64,000 nt of DNA from Batkoa obscura (Eukaryota): contig JASVEC010000025.1 of the NCBI GenBank assembly GCA_030770535.1, forward strand, positions 186,001 to 250,000, given 5' to 3'. This document shows, one piece after another, positions 1 to 13,200 of this stretch (position 1 is the first letter of the stretch; each line of letters opens with the position of its first letter). The notes beneath the pieces were generated by a model. It was not told the origin of the DNA, did not search any database, and saw only the letters and a program-made list of their open reading frames with translations. Position numbers and translations under genes: made by a program.

Positions 1-948
1 TATAGCACTACTATTTATAATAAAGAAACTGACCAAAAGATATAAAAGACAAAGTCAAATTCATAAGTTTATTAATTTATTAGAACATTAATGATTTCAA
101 AATTATTTGAAATTGTGTTAAAATATAGTGGTTAAAGATTTGTTGATAAATGTGGCGGAAAACACTGTGTTTTAAAAAATAGTTTTTATTGTAAATTTTG
201 TTAAAACTTTAAAGTTTCAAATATACACAAAATCAAAATATGTTTTAGTTATGATTGTAAACCAATGAGGTTTGCTTTTTAAATATAATTAAAATAGCTC
301 TAACATAACTTAAAAGCCCACTTTGATTTATAACAATTGTACTGCTTATTAAACAAAAAAATAAGTGGCTAAGGTAGGGAGGTTTTAAACTTAAATAATA
401 TTATATATCGATACTGGTTGAAAATAGGACAATTGATGTATACTATAAGATTTTATTTTTGGTAAGATGGATTTTTCTCCCAACACAAGAATAAAGTTAA
501 AAATTTTATTTAGCTTAATTCTAATATTTTATAACAACATTTGGTTGATTTCAAATAACTCACACTTAAAGGAACAAATGAAAGGGTGAATTCACAAAAT
601 TAAGGAGTTTCGGATAAACTTATAATGGAATTAGAAAAGAAATTAAGTGACAACGAAATACAAAATATTTATAATAATGCGCTATGGAACAACACATTAG
701 GATGGGCAACTATAGTTCATTATTAGTAATAAAAGGAATTCTTAATTATATGATTCCTTTAATTAGTAAAGGTTTAAACCGATACACAAATGGTATATAT
801 CAGAATTATGCTTAGAATATTAATTTAGCATGGGCAATTAATGATCATTAATTAGAATTTATAATGTTTCACTGATTTACTTTAATTGGTAGGCACAGTC
901 ATATAAAATTATAAATACGAAGCCTTAAATTATTTTTATATTTTAAAA

Positions 949-2391
949 ATGTTAAAAAATAATAATAGCAATAATAATAATAGCAATAATAATAATAGCA
1001 ATAATAATAATAGCATAGTTGAAGAAAAGCAGTTTAAAATATTAGAAGAAGAATATGAAACCAATTTATTGAAAGCGTTTAATAAAGAAGGGAAATGTTA
1101 CTTGGATGATAAAAATTATTTAAGTTATCGAATCTATGGCAATGGTAAAAATAAACTTTTATTTATAATGGGTTTAAACGCTACTGGCTCTCATTGGGGT
1201 TATCAAGCCAAGTATTTTGGTAATTTGGAAGATTATCAAGTATGTACTTTTGATAATAGAGGTATTGGTACAAGTTCATGTCCACCTGGCCCATATACGT
1301 AATAATACTTGTTTATTTTTTATTTTTTTACTTATTTGTTTATTTATTTTAGTACTTCTCTTTTAGCCCATGATGCATTGGCATTGTTAAACCATCTGGA
1401 ATGGAATGACAATGTTAATTTAATAGGAGTATCTATGGGAGGTATGATTGCACAACTTATGGCATTAAAACAAATTCAACGTTTTAATTCAGTAACATTT
1501 ACAAGCACTTATAACTCAGCAGCCTTAGTAGTACCAACTACTGAAGATATTCAAATATTTTTTAAAATGTTAAGTAGAACTCGTAGAAAAATGATGCGTC
1601 CATTAATTAAAGTATGTTTTCCTAAACCATGGTTGAAAGAAGAGATATTACCTGGTTTAAGTAATTTTCAATTTTTATTGTCAACATTAAAAAAATTCGA
1701 TTTTGATAGTTCAGAGCGTTATTCAATGGGAGAGTATTGGCAAGCTATCGCAGCATTATTACATAATATACCACCTTATCGTTTAAAGCAGATTAAAAAG
1801 AGCGGAATAAAAACATTAGTATTGCATGGTACTAAAGATAAAATAATAAGACCAACTTATGGTACCTTATTGTCATCAATATTATCATGCCCATTAATCC
1901 AGTTTAAAAATTCAGGCCATATGTTGATGATTGAAAGAGGAATAGAGTATAATTTAATTTTGAGAGCACATATTGAAGGAAAAGAGTTAAATCATTACCT
2001 TCAACTTGAGAATATGGAGATTGACAATAAGAATTTAATATTGGTAAATGGAGTCGAAAATAAAAAGTTAGAAGAAGAAAGTAATAAATTATGCAACGAA
2101 CATAAACCTGAAAAATCATGGTTAAACAAATTATTTAATTTTAAAAAGAATAACGATTCGATCGAACTATTAAATAGCAACGATCACAATGATTTCCATG
2201 AGGATACTGATGACGATAATGTACTTGAGGATAATAATAAATCTCCAAACTTAAAAATTGAAAAGAGTTTATCATCACCGATTCCTGAAAACGGCCCTTT
2301 CACAGTGTTGAATAGAAGATCAAAATCCTTTTTTTCAGCTAATAATTTTAACGAGTTTTTACAAAATTGTTTAAGTACAAAGCAACATTAA
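949..2391 (+). CDS. Alpha/beta-fold hydrolase (2 exons, intron ~1299-1352)
   Basis: ORFs 949-1302 and 1309-2391 are joined by a GT..AG intron. Motifs: FDNRGIG, GVSMGG nucleophile elbow, HGTKD, GH. N-terminal Asn-rich 15-nt tandem repeat. Confidence 0.85.
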
Positions 2392-2426
2392 TCAACAAAT
2401 AAATTAAAATATCTTTTTATTATACT

Positions 2427-4167
2427 TTAAATTAAAAATGGTGAATCAATTACTGAATGTCCTACTGCTACTCCACCTTCATTACTAGAGTCCAATTTAG
2501 TACGCAACAAATAGCCACCAGATTTATTAATTAAACTTTGATCATCATCGGATGGTAAATAAATTCCATAAATTCCTAATTCACTCACAAAGTTCCCCTT
2601 TAAGGCTGGTATTCCAAACCTTAAACCTAAATTATTATTATGGAATTTAGGTGGTAAAATCTTATCCATCAATATATAAGCTTTCTTTTCTTCTTCAGTT
2701 AATTTGTTTAATTGTATTAAAATATCTTCACCATAATAATTATTGCCCCCGCCTTCTCTTGATGGCTTCATTACATAATTTTTGACTTTTTTAGTTATTG
2801 AATTTAAGCTATTTTTATCTACTGGATATAGCCCTGTAAAACATTGTTGAACGTTGTTAAAATCATCTTCATTTTTAATAAACCTAAAATATGATAAAGG
2901 TAAATATTTATAATACGATATCAATAATAAGTTACTTTTTTAATATATCTTTATCAGCTAATACTTGTTGTATCTTCTTAGAGCCAACTAGTTGATATGC
3001 TAAGTTTGGGCATTTATAAGCATAACTTGATTCTAATAATTTTCTTGCTAACCATTCATTATTACTTGGATAGTCATTTGGACTGTATCCTGAGCGGAAA
3101 TAAATTACACTAATCTCATTATCATCAATTATTAATTTATTGTTATCAACTTCATTAATTTTAGCTTGTTTATAAACATCACTTAATGTTTTTCTTACAA
3201 CTTTAATTGAATATCTATAAAATAAATTAAAAAATAAATAAAAAGTATAAAGATTAGAATGATATTACTTTTCGAATAGTTCCAATTCAATATGTCTTTG
3301 ATCAAAAATATTACGCTCATTAGGTTGAACAACAAATAAAATGGCTGAACTAAGATCAAATTAATAAATACAACTATATAAGGATTAAATTACTATTACT
3401 TCTTATTGTTGTATAATTTGTGTGTTTTTGCTAATCCATCAACGATTGAAGTTAATGCTGAATTATCTGGTATTTCGCCTTGTTCTTTAGGGAATAAGTT
3501 GAAATAATTATCTGTTCTTTCTGAGAGAAATCTATATAAAGAATATAAATAAATAATACAAATAAATAAAATAGACTTACTTATGTAGTTTTGTAGTTTT
3601 CGAACTTAAAGCAGCAAATGAGGAAGCGATAGTGTTTAATTCTACTTGATATAACTTAAATTTCTCTTTTTCAGTTTTAAAAAATTGAATAATATCTTGA
3701 GTATTATTGATTTCCTTATTTAAAGTATCCTCGTAATGTAATAAATAATCGGAACGATGAATACCTAGTCTTTTATTAATATTTTGATTATTATATAATT
3801 CTTTATAAATGACTATTAAATTTTTTAAAAAGTCATCGACTTCTATTAACGGCTCCAGAGTATTCAATAAAAATTCTTTATCCAAAGATATCTTATCTAC
3901 CATCTCATTGAATATAGTTTGTATTTTGATAGAATGCTCAAATAACTCTTTTGGAAATGGTGTTGGATAAAGGGTTGTCGGAGCTGGAGTTGATAATGAA
4001 ACTAATCCGATTTCTTTTTGAACAACGTTGGATACGATGTTGGTAATATCTTTATTGTTTTGATTGTTTTCAGTTAATGGGTAAGGAGGTAATATAGTCA
4101 ATCCGTTACTAAAGCAATAGAGCTGATTTAATTCGATTAATTGGTTTTCTTGTTGCTGACTTAACAT
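2427..4167 (-). CDS. GSH2: Glutathione synthetase (multi-exon)
   Basis: Motifs RSDYLLH, QVELNTIASSF, KPSREGGGNN, SELGIYG, GYLLRTK and EGGVAVG. Several short GT-AG introns at 2890-3580. Confidence 0.93.
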
Positions 4168-4567
4168 ATTTTGTAGTTTGTAATAGCAAAAAATAAATTT
4201 AAAGGTGTATAATTTATACTTGTTGTTATTATGCTATTAGTAAAACAAATTTCGAAATCAATTAACCCTAATTTTTAACCAATTAAATTTAGCAATATAC
4301 ACCTGTATTATTAATCCACTATAATTAGAATTTTATATAGCATTTCACTAAACAATTATAATTGCTTTATAAAGAACTATTTTAAAAACATTTTATAATT
4401 AAAATTTCATATTAATAATATGAAGCTTAATTTCTAAGCTTCCATAGTTATTTATTGGTATTGTTTATTCTTTCCAATTGACTATCCCTTACCAATATCG
4501 CCGAATATCTTGATCCTCAATATAAATCTGTTTTCAAGTCACTTAATATTTTAAATATTTGTTTAAT

Positions 4568-4686
4568 ATATAGGGATGTGTTTTTTTGTTCAAGAATTTT
4601 ACTAACAATTTTTCCATCTTTTAAGCGCTATTTAAGTGGAAAAATTGTTAGTAAGATCCTTAAACAGAAAAAATACATCCCCATAT
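4568..4686. mobile_element. MITE family copy (variant with two right-type halves, near-palindromic)
   Basis: ATATAGGGATGTG...AAATACATCCCCATAT with internal TTTTAAGCGCTATTT core. Confidence 0.75.
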
Positions 4687-5063
4687 ATATAATTACCACC
4701 AGCGGATCTAATGAACAAGGAAGCTAATGTATACTCACTTTTTGTTTTATAGTTTTCAATGATACATTCTATTGGTTTTATAACCTCTTCAAGCTTTACT
4801 TTCGTGTCTTTGTCTAAATAAAAACTTAATGAACAATGATATTTAAATAGCAAGTTAACATATAATTGATCACTTTTATTACACTTTAGTACATGTCTAA
4901 AGTTATCAGTTTCTCAGCATCAGTTTCTTAATTTGTAATATCAATGAAAAATCAATTCCCTCTGTATTGAAATCTATAAAATAAATATATACTAACTTTA
5001 AATAAGAACTATATGATTTAGTTTTAAATTTTCATTTTTAATAAGTTATTTAAAATTATTTAC

Positions 5064-5170
5064 ATACGGGGGTGTTTTTTTTGGTTTTATCACTTTTTCC
5101 ATCTTTTAAGCGCTATTTGAGCGGAAAAATTGTTAGTAGAATTCTTAAACACAAAAATACATCCCCATAT
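5064..5170 (+). mobile_element. MITE family copy (~105 bp, TIR GGGGGTGTTTTT...AAAATACATCCCC)
   Basis: Matches the family consensus seen about 13 times in the window. Confidence 0.8.
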
Positions 5171-5651
5171 ATTATTTAAAAAAATTAAATGTTTTTAAAA
5201 AAAAAATACAATATTTTGAAAAAATGACTATAAAAAATATAAAAACTATGCATGTATTGATTTATAAAAAATTGAGTGATAGTATCAAACTTAAGCTATA
5301 AATAAACAACAGTAATTGTTATAAAAAATGATCAAAAATTAACTATTATTTTAAATAATTTTATAATAAAATCTTTAGCTAGATAAACAGTGAATAATTT
5401 TTTAATTAAAATGTCATCTATTAGAAATTTAATCTCAATTTAATTATAAACAAAAAGTATATATATTTAAAATTATACTATTATGTTATTATTTTACTTT
5501 TAATACTTTGTTTTATTTAGTTGTTTTTAAATATATAAAAAGTAGGGTTATTTACTATTTTATGTAAACTATAAGATGCTGTATAAGTACTAATAGTTCA
5601 AAAGTAGTGTTAGATCACTATTTTTGCTAAACAGCTTAATTATCAACTTTT

Positions 5652-5756
5652 ATATGGGATATATTTTTTTGTTTAAGAATTCTACTAACAATTTTTCCGC
5701 TCAAATAGCGCTTAAAAGATTGAAAAAGTAATGAAACCAAAAAAACACCCTCATAT
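5652..5756 (-). mobile_element. MITE family copy
   Basis: Reverse-orientation copy containing CGCTCAAATAGCGCTTAAAAG. Confidence 0.8.
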
Positions 5757-6325
5757 ACTGAATTAATAATTATGAATTAAATAAAAAAACTTATTAATAT
5801 AAATAATAAAAATAAGATAAAAATTGCTATTATTTATATAAAATTAAACTTTATTAGTACAGTATATAAAATAAAATAGATTGTATTACATTATTATAAC
5901 ATTAAAAACTATTAATACAAAAATTGGATAAAAAATTGAATTACTACATTTGAAATTAATTTTAAATGTATCTACTAAATATAATCAACTTAATCAATTA
6001 ATTAATTAATTCATTAAACTAATAATTTAGTCCAAGTTAATTAGAACACTTGACGTTATTTAGTTTATAAATGTAACATATACTATCATCTCATCTTGAA
6101 TTTATTCATATTAACACCAAACTCAAATTTATAATTGATATTCAACTGAATAATAAAAGAAAACTTGATTCCAGCTATCAAATCAATTTAGTTTCTAAAA
6201 GATTAATTAATCCAAGTAGCTATTAAACTATAAATTCAGTTTTAATTTAAATAAAAATAATTCAATATCGTCTAGTTTATAAGTGTACTGTAATATCATA
6301 TTACTTTGAATCTATTTATTTTAAT

Positions 6326-6432
6326 ATATGAGGATGTTTTTTTTGGTTTCATTACTTTTTCAATCTTTTAAGCGCTATTTGAGCGGAAAAATTGTTAGTA
6401 AAATTCTTAAATAAAAAAATATATTCTCATAT
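6326..6432 (+). mobile_element. MITE family copy
   Basis: ATATGAGGATGTTTT...AAGCGCTATTTGAGCGG...CTCATAT. Confidence 0.8.
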
Positions 6433-6985
6433 TTAAACTTCTAAAAGGAAGATAAATCCCAATTGATAATTAAGGGAGGGTTGACTTCAATTTAATATTA
6501 TGAACATGAGTTTGAATAAAAGCTCAAGTGTGATAAAAAAGCGAGTAGAAAAACAAATCCAAGACAAGTGAGATTCTAGGAAAAAGTTAAAGTATCAATT
6601 TCATCAACGTATTTATTGCATTATCGTCTTATCTCATTCTATTTCATTTAATATTAAAATCCCTCTTTTTGAATCGATTTTGAATCGAATTCAACATCTA
6701 GTTTTAAACTAAGGGATAGAATTTAATATCTTAAATTTAGATTAAAATAAACCTTAACTAATAAAAAAAACAAGAATTTTCAAAACTTCACGTATCAAGT
6801 TCATCAACGTTATTACAATATTATCATTTCAGTGTTAATATAAGAAAATTCAAGTAAAAATTTTATCAAATGTAGTAATTGTAGTCTCCTCCCAAATTTC
6901 AATATTTTCTATCAAAATTGAAAATAGCCTATATAGCACTATCCTAACCGCGAAAATCATGACAGATAATCCACCTTTTTTTAGA

Positions 6986-7089
6986 ATATAGGGATGTATT
7001 TTTGTTTAAGAACTTTACTAACAATCTTTTCGCTCAAATAGCGCTTAAAAGATTGAAAAAGTGATGAAGCCAAAAAAAACATCTCATAT
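6986..7089 (-). mobile_element. MITE family copy
   Basis: ATATAGGGATGTATT...CAAATAGCGCTTAAAAG...ATCTCATAT. Confidence 0.8.
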
Positions 7090-7549
7090 ATCAATTTAAG
7101 CTTAATATCTTGGTAAATTAAATTCAATCTATTTCAAAATTTCGCTTTATTTTTATTACTCTTGATTCAATTTTAACATTATATGGGCATTTTAATTTTG
7201 TATTTTCAAACTTGATTCATGATGCTTTTTTCTATTTTTCTATTCAATAAATACAAAGTTCAAAATGCTCATATGATGTTAAAATTGAATCAATAATATT
7301 TATTTTTCCAAAATCATTTATAAATTTTTCCATGGCTTAAAAGTGATCAAATAAAGGAATCACTTTGTAGCTTAATTAAGGGAAATTCTAGAACTTGAAG
7401 AATAAAATAAGTCATTAATAAAATTCAAATCTTCTTGAAATAAATGAAATAAAAGGGTTTATAAGGAGATTAAATTCCACTTTCTATTTATTTGAATCTT
7501 AACTCAAGTTACTCGAACTGTCAAGACAAAATTAAATTCCCATCAAACA

Positions 7550-8966
7550 ATGAAGTTCGGTAAAAAAATTCAAGAGGAAGTAGAAACCATGGGTCCTAAA
7601 TGGCAAGCGCATGCCATTCCATATAAAAAATTAAAGAAAGCAATTAAACATGATAGTCCATCCAGCACCAACTATGCTCAACTTTCACCTTTATTTACAA
7701 ATCTTTGGATAGATCATTTAGATCAAGCGAATACAATTACAGAAGAATTTATAAAAGAGGAGGGAGAAGGAAGGATGGAGGATAAAGATTTTTATCATTT
7801 ATTATTAAAATCTTTAACTCAATTAAAATTATTTCTTAATGAAGCATTTGAAGATACAAAATTAAGAATACTTCATTTAAAAGAGGAATTATTTGAAGCT
7901 ACTAACCCATTTCAAAAAGATGTCGTTGTTTGGTAAATTTTTTAGTTCAGTTTTAAAGTGATGAAGTTTTAATAATCTAACTTCTTTTTAAAATTATTTA
8001 GGAGAGAAATCTTTGAATTATATAAACAATCCCCAATATGGCAAATTAATTCAATACAAGATTTACATGGTATACGGTATTTAGATATGAAATGTCAATA
8101 TGATTTATTTTTAAAACAATTATTGAAGTTAGAAAAAGTAAGTATTTATTATTTAATTATATTATATAATTTTTATTTTCATTCTCATTTTTATTAGACA
8201 AAAAAATTTGATAAAAATCATTCCAAAGAAGCATTATTAAAATTTTTAGAAGTAAATTTCATATTATCTTATCAAGTGTTAAATGTTAATTAAATGTTAA
8301 TTAAATATAATTAGACCAATCAACAGATCTTGTCATTAATAAAGTTTTGTGAATTAAATCAAACAGCTGCTATTAAAATATTAAAAAAATTCAATAAAGC
8401 CACTACATTAAAGTAAGTTAATTCTTCTCCTCATCTCTTTAACCAATCAAAATATTTAATCTTTTTTATTCTTCTAGTTTAACGAATACATTAATAAAAA
8501 AAGATAGCTCATTATTATTATATTGTCCGAAAGAATTAACTATTCAATGGTATGAATTAATTGAAAGTATACTACCTAATATTGAGGATTTTTCATGTCC
8601 AATTTGTTTAGGTAAGTTAATTCATTCTAATCTTACATTATCATAATATAATATACCTTTTAATTTTAATTAGAAATCATATGGAAACCAACCAGATTAT
8701 CTTGTGGACACACTTTTTGTCATTGGTGTTGTATTCAATCTCAAGTACAACGAAAAAGAGATTGTCCCTTATGTCGATGTAGTGGTGCAATGTTAAAAGT
8801 AGATGAAAGAGGGACGGATAAAGCATTAGAAAATTATTTAAAATTATATTTTCCAAGGGAAGTTAAAGTGAAGAGAAAACAACAAGAAAAAGAAATGATG
8901 TTATGTGAAGTTAGTAATATTCGTGGGGGTGAGTTTATGATTAATAATGGATGTTGTTTGATGTAA
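7550..8966 (+). CDS. SPX-domain RING-type E3 ligase (Pqr1/NLA-like), multi-exon, C-terminal CaaX (CCLM)
   Basis: Starts MKFGK (SPX). Later exons give NQTAAIKILKKFNK and the RING CPICL..CGHTFC..C..CPLCR. Ends GGA TGT TGT TTG ATG TAA at 8966. Confidence 0.85.
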
Positions 8967-9363
8967 GAGCGAAAATCAAAAAGGATCATACATTTTTATT
9001 GCATTTTTAAAAGTCATAACATGTTAATTAAAATAAGTAAACATAATTAATTATAAATGAAATGATTGAAGTTTAAAAATAAAATTTTGTTATATTATTT
9101 ATTTATTTAGTATTATTTGAATATTATTTTTTAAAAATTTTTATTTACTAAATTTAAGCCACCTTCATTTTTAATAATTTTTCGAAATTAAAACAATCTT
9201 TATTAACCAATCAAATCTATTTTATACCTTTAAATTAACCAATAAAATAAGATTACATCTCGAATTGTAAGAATTTTAAATCTTAAAAGAATAGAAATAA
9301 GCTTGACTAATTTGAATTCATTAAAATATAAAAATCGTTTTATTTTAACTAAAAACAATAGTG

Positions 9364-11184
9364 ATGGCAATACGAGCACGTAATAAAAAAAAAAGTAATT
9401 TAGGAGACAATGTACATGACAGTACCAATGATTCTATTGAAGTGAGTGAGCTTGATATAAGTAAAAAAGTGATTGTAGGTTGTCCAGGGGATGCTTTTTC
9501 TTTTATTGAATTATTATGTTTTACAATGATTTTACCTTTATTCACTACTTACATTGGTTCTTCGATCTATCTTTATTCACCAAAATTAATTGAACCCTAT
9601 CATGGCAATTTCTTTCCTTACTATTTTTATAATTTAAGTGTTGGTATAATAATATTATTAGGTATATTATTAGGTATAATTTATGAAGCTAAATTTTTAT
9701 TTCATTTACCTGCTAATATTGGAAGAATTGGTTTAGCATTAGTTTTATCACCCATCTATACGGACTTAATAGCTAGACAATCTATGATTTTAGGGCCTTA
9801 TTTAAGTGTCCAATTATCTTACTTATTACCAGTATATATACCCTTATTATGTTGTTCATGGATTAATAGTAGTTTATTTTTAAAAAATTGTACCTTTTTT
9901 AAAAACGCAGATACTTTAAATCATTCTATTACTTTGTTTGTAATTCATATGGCTACTTTAATTATGGGATTAAGTTTATTAACCACATTTCCATTGATTT
10001 ATTCATTTACTAATTTAACATGTTATGGTTTATTAATTAATGGTCTTATTTCAGCTTTGATTTTGTATCTTCTCAATCTCACTTTACTTCAGAATTTAAG
10101 ACCTACAACTTATGATAAAGTATTAGTACCAACAGTTATAATTTGTATTTTATTAGCTACAATATCAAGACATGCTCAATGTTCTAGTGGATTATCCGAA
10201 AAACATTTAGATACAAATAAACCAATGGTAAATGGATTTACACCTTTAGCACGTACCGAATCAATTACTGGATGGATTACAGTAGATGAAGAAAAAGCAA
10301 GAGAAATACGCGTATTACGTAGTGGTCATTCGATTATTGGCGGTATTTATCCTAATTATCAAGAAAGTATATTCGGTACCTTTTATTATATGGAAACAAT
10401 CAAATTTTTATTACCCTATAAAACTACAAAAGAAAGAGGTAATGTGTTACAAATCGGATTAGGTATTGGTGTATCAGCAAAGGATTTAATTGAAGAGGAT
10501 TATAAAGTAGATATAATTGAAATTGATCCCATAGTTTATAATTATTCAAGAACTTATTTTGAATTACCAGAACCTAATAAAGTATATTTAGAAGATGGTA
10601 GAACAGTATTAGAAAATAAAATCAAAAGCTCCAGTTATGATTTTATATTACATGATGTATTTACAGGTGGTACAGTGCCCTCTACTTTATTTTCAGTTGA
10701 AGCATTAGAATTATGTAAATACGCTATGAAGCCAGATGGTGTATTAGTACTCAATTTTGTTGGTGGTATTCTCGGTCCTTATAATGTGGCTTTTGAAATG
10801 GTAGCTACTACATTAAGAGCTGTATTTCCTTATATGAGATTATTTACGGAAGATTTTAAAGATAATGAAGAAGAAGTAGTTTCTAATTTGATTAATCTAG
10901 TCTTCTTTGTTTCTGATAAACCAATAGAATTTGATTTACCACCTATTAGTCCAACCTATAGATCTATTAAAGAACATGCCATTACTCATATGGAAAAGTA
11001 TGAAGTTAAATTGGAAAAATATTTACCTCAGTTAACTAAAGATTTAGAGTTAATTGATAAATATCATAGTATGGTAGTCACTGATAAAGATAATAAATTA
11101 AATCAAGTTCAACATCATTCGGCTTATGAACATTGGTATAAAATGAAAGAGTTATTTCCATTAGAATATTGGGTGAAATATTAG
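9364..11184 (+). CDS. Membrane-anchored spermidine-synthase-like SAM-dependent transferase
   Basis: Hydrophobic N-terminal half, then LQIGLGIG, IEIDP, DGR and YDFILHDVF motifs. Intronless. Confidence 0.8.
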   Translation: MAIRARNKKKSNLGDNVHDSTNDSIEVSELDISKKVIVGCPGDAFSFIELLCFTMILPLFTTYIGSSIYLYSPKLIEPYHGNFFPYYFYNLSVGIIILLGILLGIIYEAKFLFHLPANIGRIGLALVLSPIYTDLIARQSMILGPYLSVQLSYLLPVYIPLLCCSWINSSLFLKNCTFFKNADTLNHSITLFVIHMATLIMGLSLLTTFPLIYSFTNLTCYGLLINGLISALILYLLNLTLLQNLRPTTYDKVLVPTVIICILLATISRHAQCSSGLSEKHLDTNKPMVNGFTPLARTESITGWITVDEEKAREIRVLRSGHSIIGGIYPNYQESIFGTFYYMETIKFLLPYKTTKERGNVLQIGLGIGVSAKDLIEEDYKVDIIEIDPIVYNYSRTYFELPEPNKVYLEDGRTVLENKIKSSSYDFILHDVFTGGTVPSTLFSVEALELCKYAMKPDGVLVLNFVGGILGPYNVAFEMVATTLRAVFPYMRLFTEDFKDNEEEVVSNLINLVFFVSDKPIEFDLPPISPTYRSIKEHAITHMEKYEVKLEKYLPQLTKDLELIDKYHSMVVTDKDNKLNQVQHHSAYEHWYKMKELFPLEYWVKY

Positions 11185-11366
11185 GTCTATTTCAAATATA
11201 TAAAAATATTCAAATCATATAATAACAGAAAGTTTTAAGAAAATTTCAAAAATCAATTGCTCATTTTCTTGTTACTTTTTAATAAAAATAAACTTTATTT
11301 TTTAATTATTTTTTTAGTTGATTCTTTTAATTTTATTTGACTTTTGTATTTTTTATGAGTTTAAAA

Positions 11367-12981
11367 ATGAACTATCAAGATAGTAGTACTTCCTCTGATG
11401 ATGATAATAATTTCAAGATCAAACAATTAGAAAAAAGAGAATTGAAATTAATAAGTAGGATTAATGAAATAGAAGACCGAATATTAAAAATTGAAGCTCA
11501 GAATGAAAAAAAGAGTGAAACTGGGGATTTAGAATTAGATACTTCAGTATCTTTAAACTATGGTAATTATTTTATATTAAAATTGAACTTAAATAAAAGA
11601 AAAAAGAAAATAAAAAAGAAAAGAAAAAGAAAATAAAAAGAAAAGAGAGAAAAGAAAAAGCAGTAAATAAATAATAACAATTAATTTTTATAGATGATAT
11701 TGATTGGAAACAATATGAAGCACCTCAATGGTGTGTACCAATTAAAGCTAATGTATTAGAATTTGAATGGAAAGTAAGCAAATACTTTACTAGAAATTTT
11801 CAATTCATTTTATTAATTCATTTTTATCAATTATTTTCATTCATTGAATTCTTAATTAGTCACTTTCCAATTACTGTAAATTTGATGTTATATTAATGGA
11901 TCCACCTTGGCAATTAGCTACCCATGCACCTACTCGAGGGGTAAGAATTTAATTAATTATTTCCTTCCATTATAAAAAAGAAGAAGGCAAAAAAGATACA
12001 ATTAAGATCCTTTTAATTAATTAACTAATTTACAAGTATCTTAATTATTCATCACTTAATTTGATTTCAAATTGAAAATATTAACTTATTTACTTTTTTT
12101 TGAAGGTAGCTATAGGGTATCAACAATTACCAGATACATTAATAGAATCTTTACCAATTAATGATTTACAAGATAATGGGTTTATATTTATCTGGGTTAT
12201 TAATAATAAATATGTTAAAGCATTTGAGTTAATGAAACAATGGGGTTATGAGTAAGTTTATAATAATATAGAAGTAATATATAATAATAATAATATAAAT
12301 AAAAATACATTAATAGTAAGTGACTAATAGTTTATTATTATTATTATTTTATTTCAATCCAAGTTATTTAATTCAAGTTATTTAATTCTTTTCTATTATG
12401 TTATTTGAATTTTAATATGATTTTTATTAGATATGTTGATGATATTACTTGGGTAAAACAAACAGTAAATCGTAGGATGGCTAAAGGTCATGGCTTTTAT
12501 TTACAACATGCAAAAGAAACTTGTTTAGTTGGAAAAAAGGTAAATAAAATAAGGATTATGAATATAGAATATGATCTTAATATCAAGTTAATATACAATA
12601 ACAATTTAAGATCAAGTTGTATAGAATCTATTCTATGTGATAATGTGATAATGTGATGTGCGATATCGGATAATAATAATAATAATATTGATTCTATTTT
12701 AGGGAAAAGATCCGCCACAATGTAAACGATTAGTCAGTAGTGATGTGATTTATTCCGAAAGAAGAGGTCAAAGCCAAAAACCTATTCAATTATATGAAAT
12801 GATTGAAGAATTGGTACCTAATGGTAAGTAATAATAATAATAATACATTGTTAATATAATTTGATACGTATTGTTTTTATAATAATGTTGGATTAATTTG
12901 ATTTTAGGTAAATATTTAGAAATCTTTGGAAGAAAAAATAATTTAAGAGATTATTGGGTTACTATTGGTAATGAACTTTAA
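11367..12981 (+). CDS. AMT1: MT-A70 family N6-adenine methyltransferase, AMT1/MTA1 (DNA 6mA) clade; 7 exons
   Basis: Manually spliced exons give FDVILMDPPWQLATHAPTRGVAIGY, WVKQTVNRRMAKGHGFYLQHAKETCL, SERRGQSQKP and YLEIFGRKNNLRDYWVTIGNEL*. These match ciliate and early-diverging-fungal MTA1 signatures as I recall them. Confidence 0.88.
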
Positions 12982-13002
12982 TAATAATAATAATAAAATA
13001 AT

Positions 13003-13110
13003 ATATGGGGGTGTTTTTTTTGGCTTCATCACTTTTTTCTATCTTTTAAGTGCTATTTAAGTGGAAAAATTGTTAGTAAAATTCTTAAACACAAAAATAC
13101 ATCCTCATAT
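13003..13110 (+). mobile_element. MITE family copy between convergent AMT1 and acyl-CoA oxidase 3' ends
   Basis: ATATGGGGGTGTTTT...AATACATCCTCATAT. Confidence 0.8.
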
Positions 13111-13200
13111 ATACATATATATATAACACATAAATAAACAATAAACATTTTAAAACATAGATAAATAAAATTAACATTTATTTATTTATTTAATTCCAAT

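Noticed and set aside
4632..4853. 73-aa ORF
   Set aside because: Runs into a MITE copy and has no homology signal.
4568..7089. Clustered repeats as a CRISPR-like array
   Set aside because: Eukaryotic context, ~105-bp units, mixed orientation and irregular spacing; better explained as MITEs.
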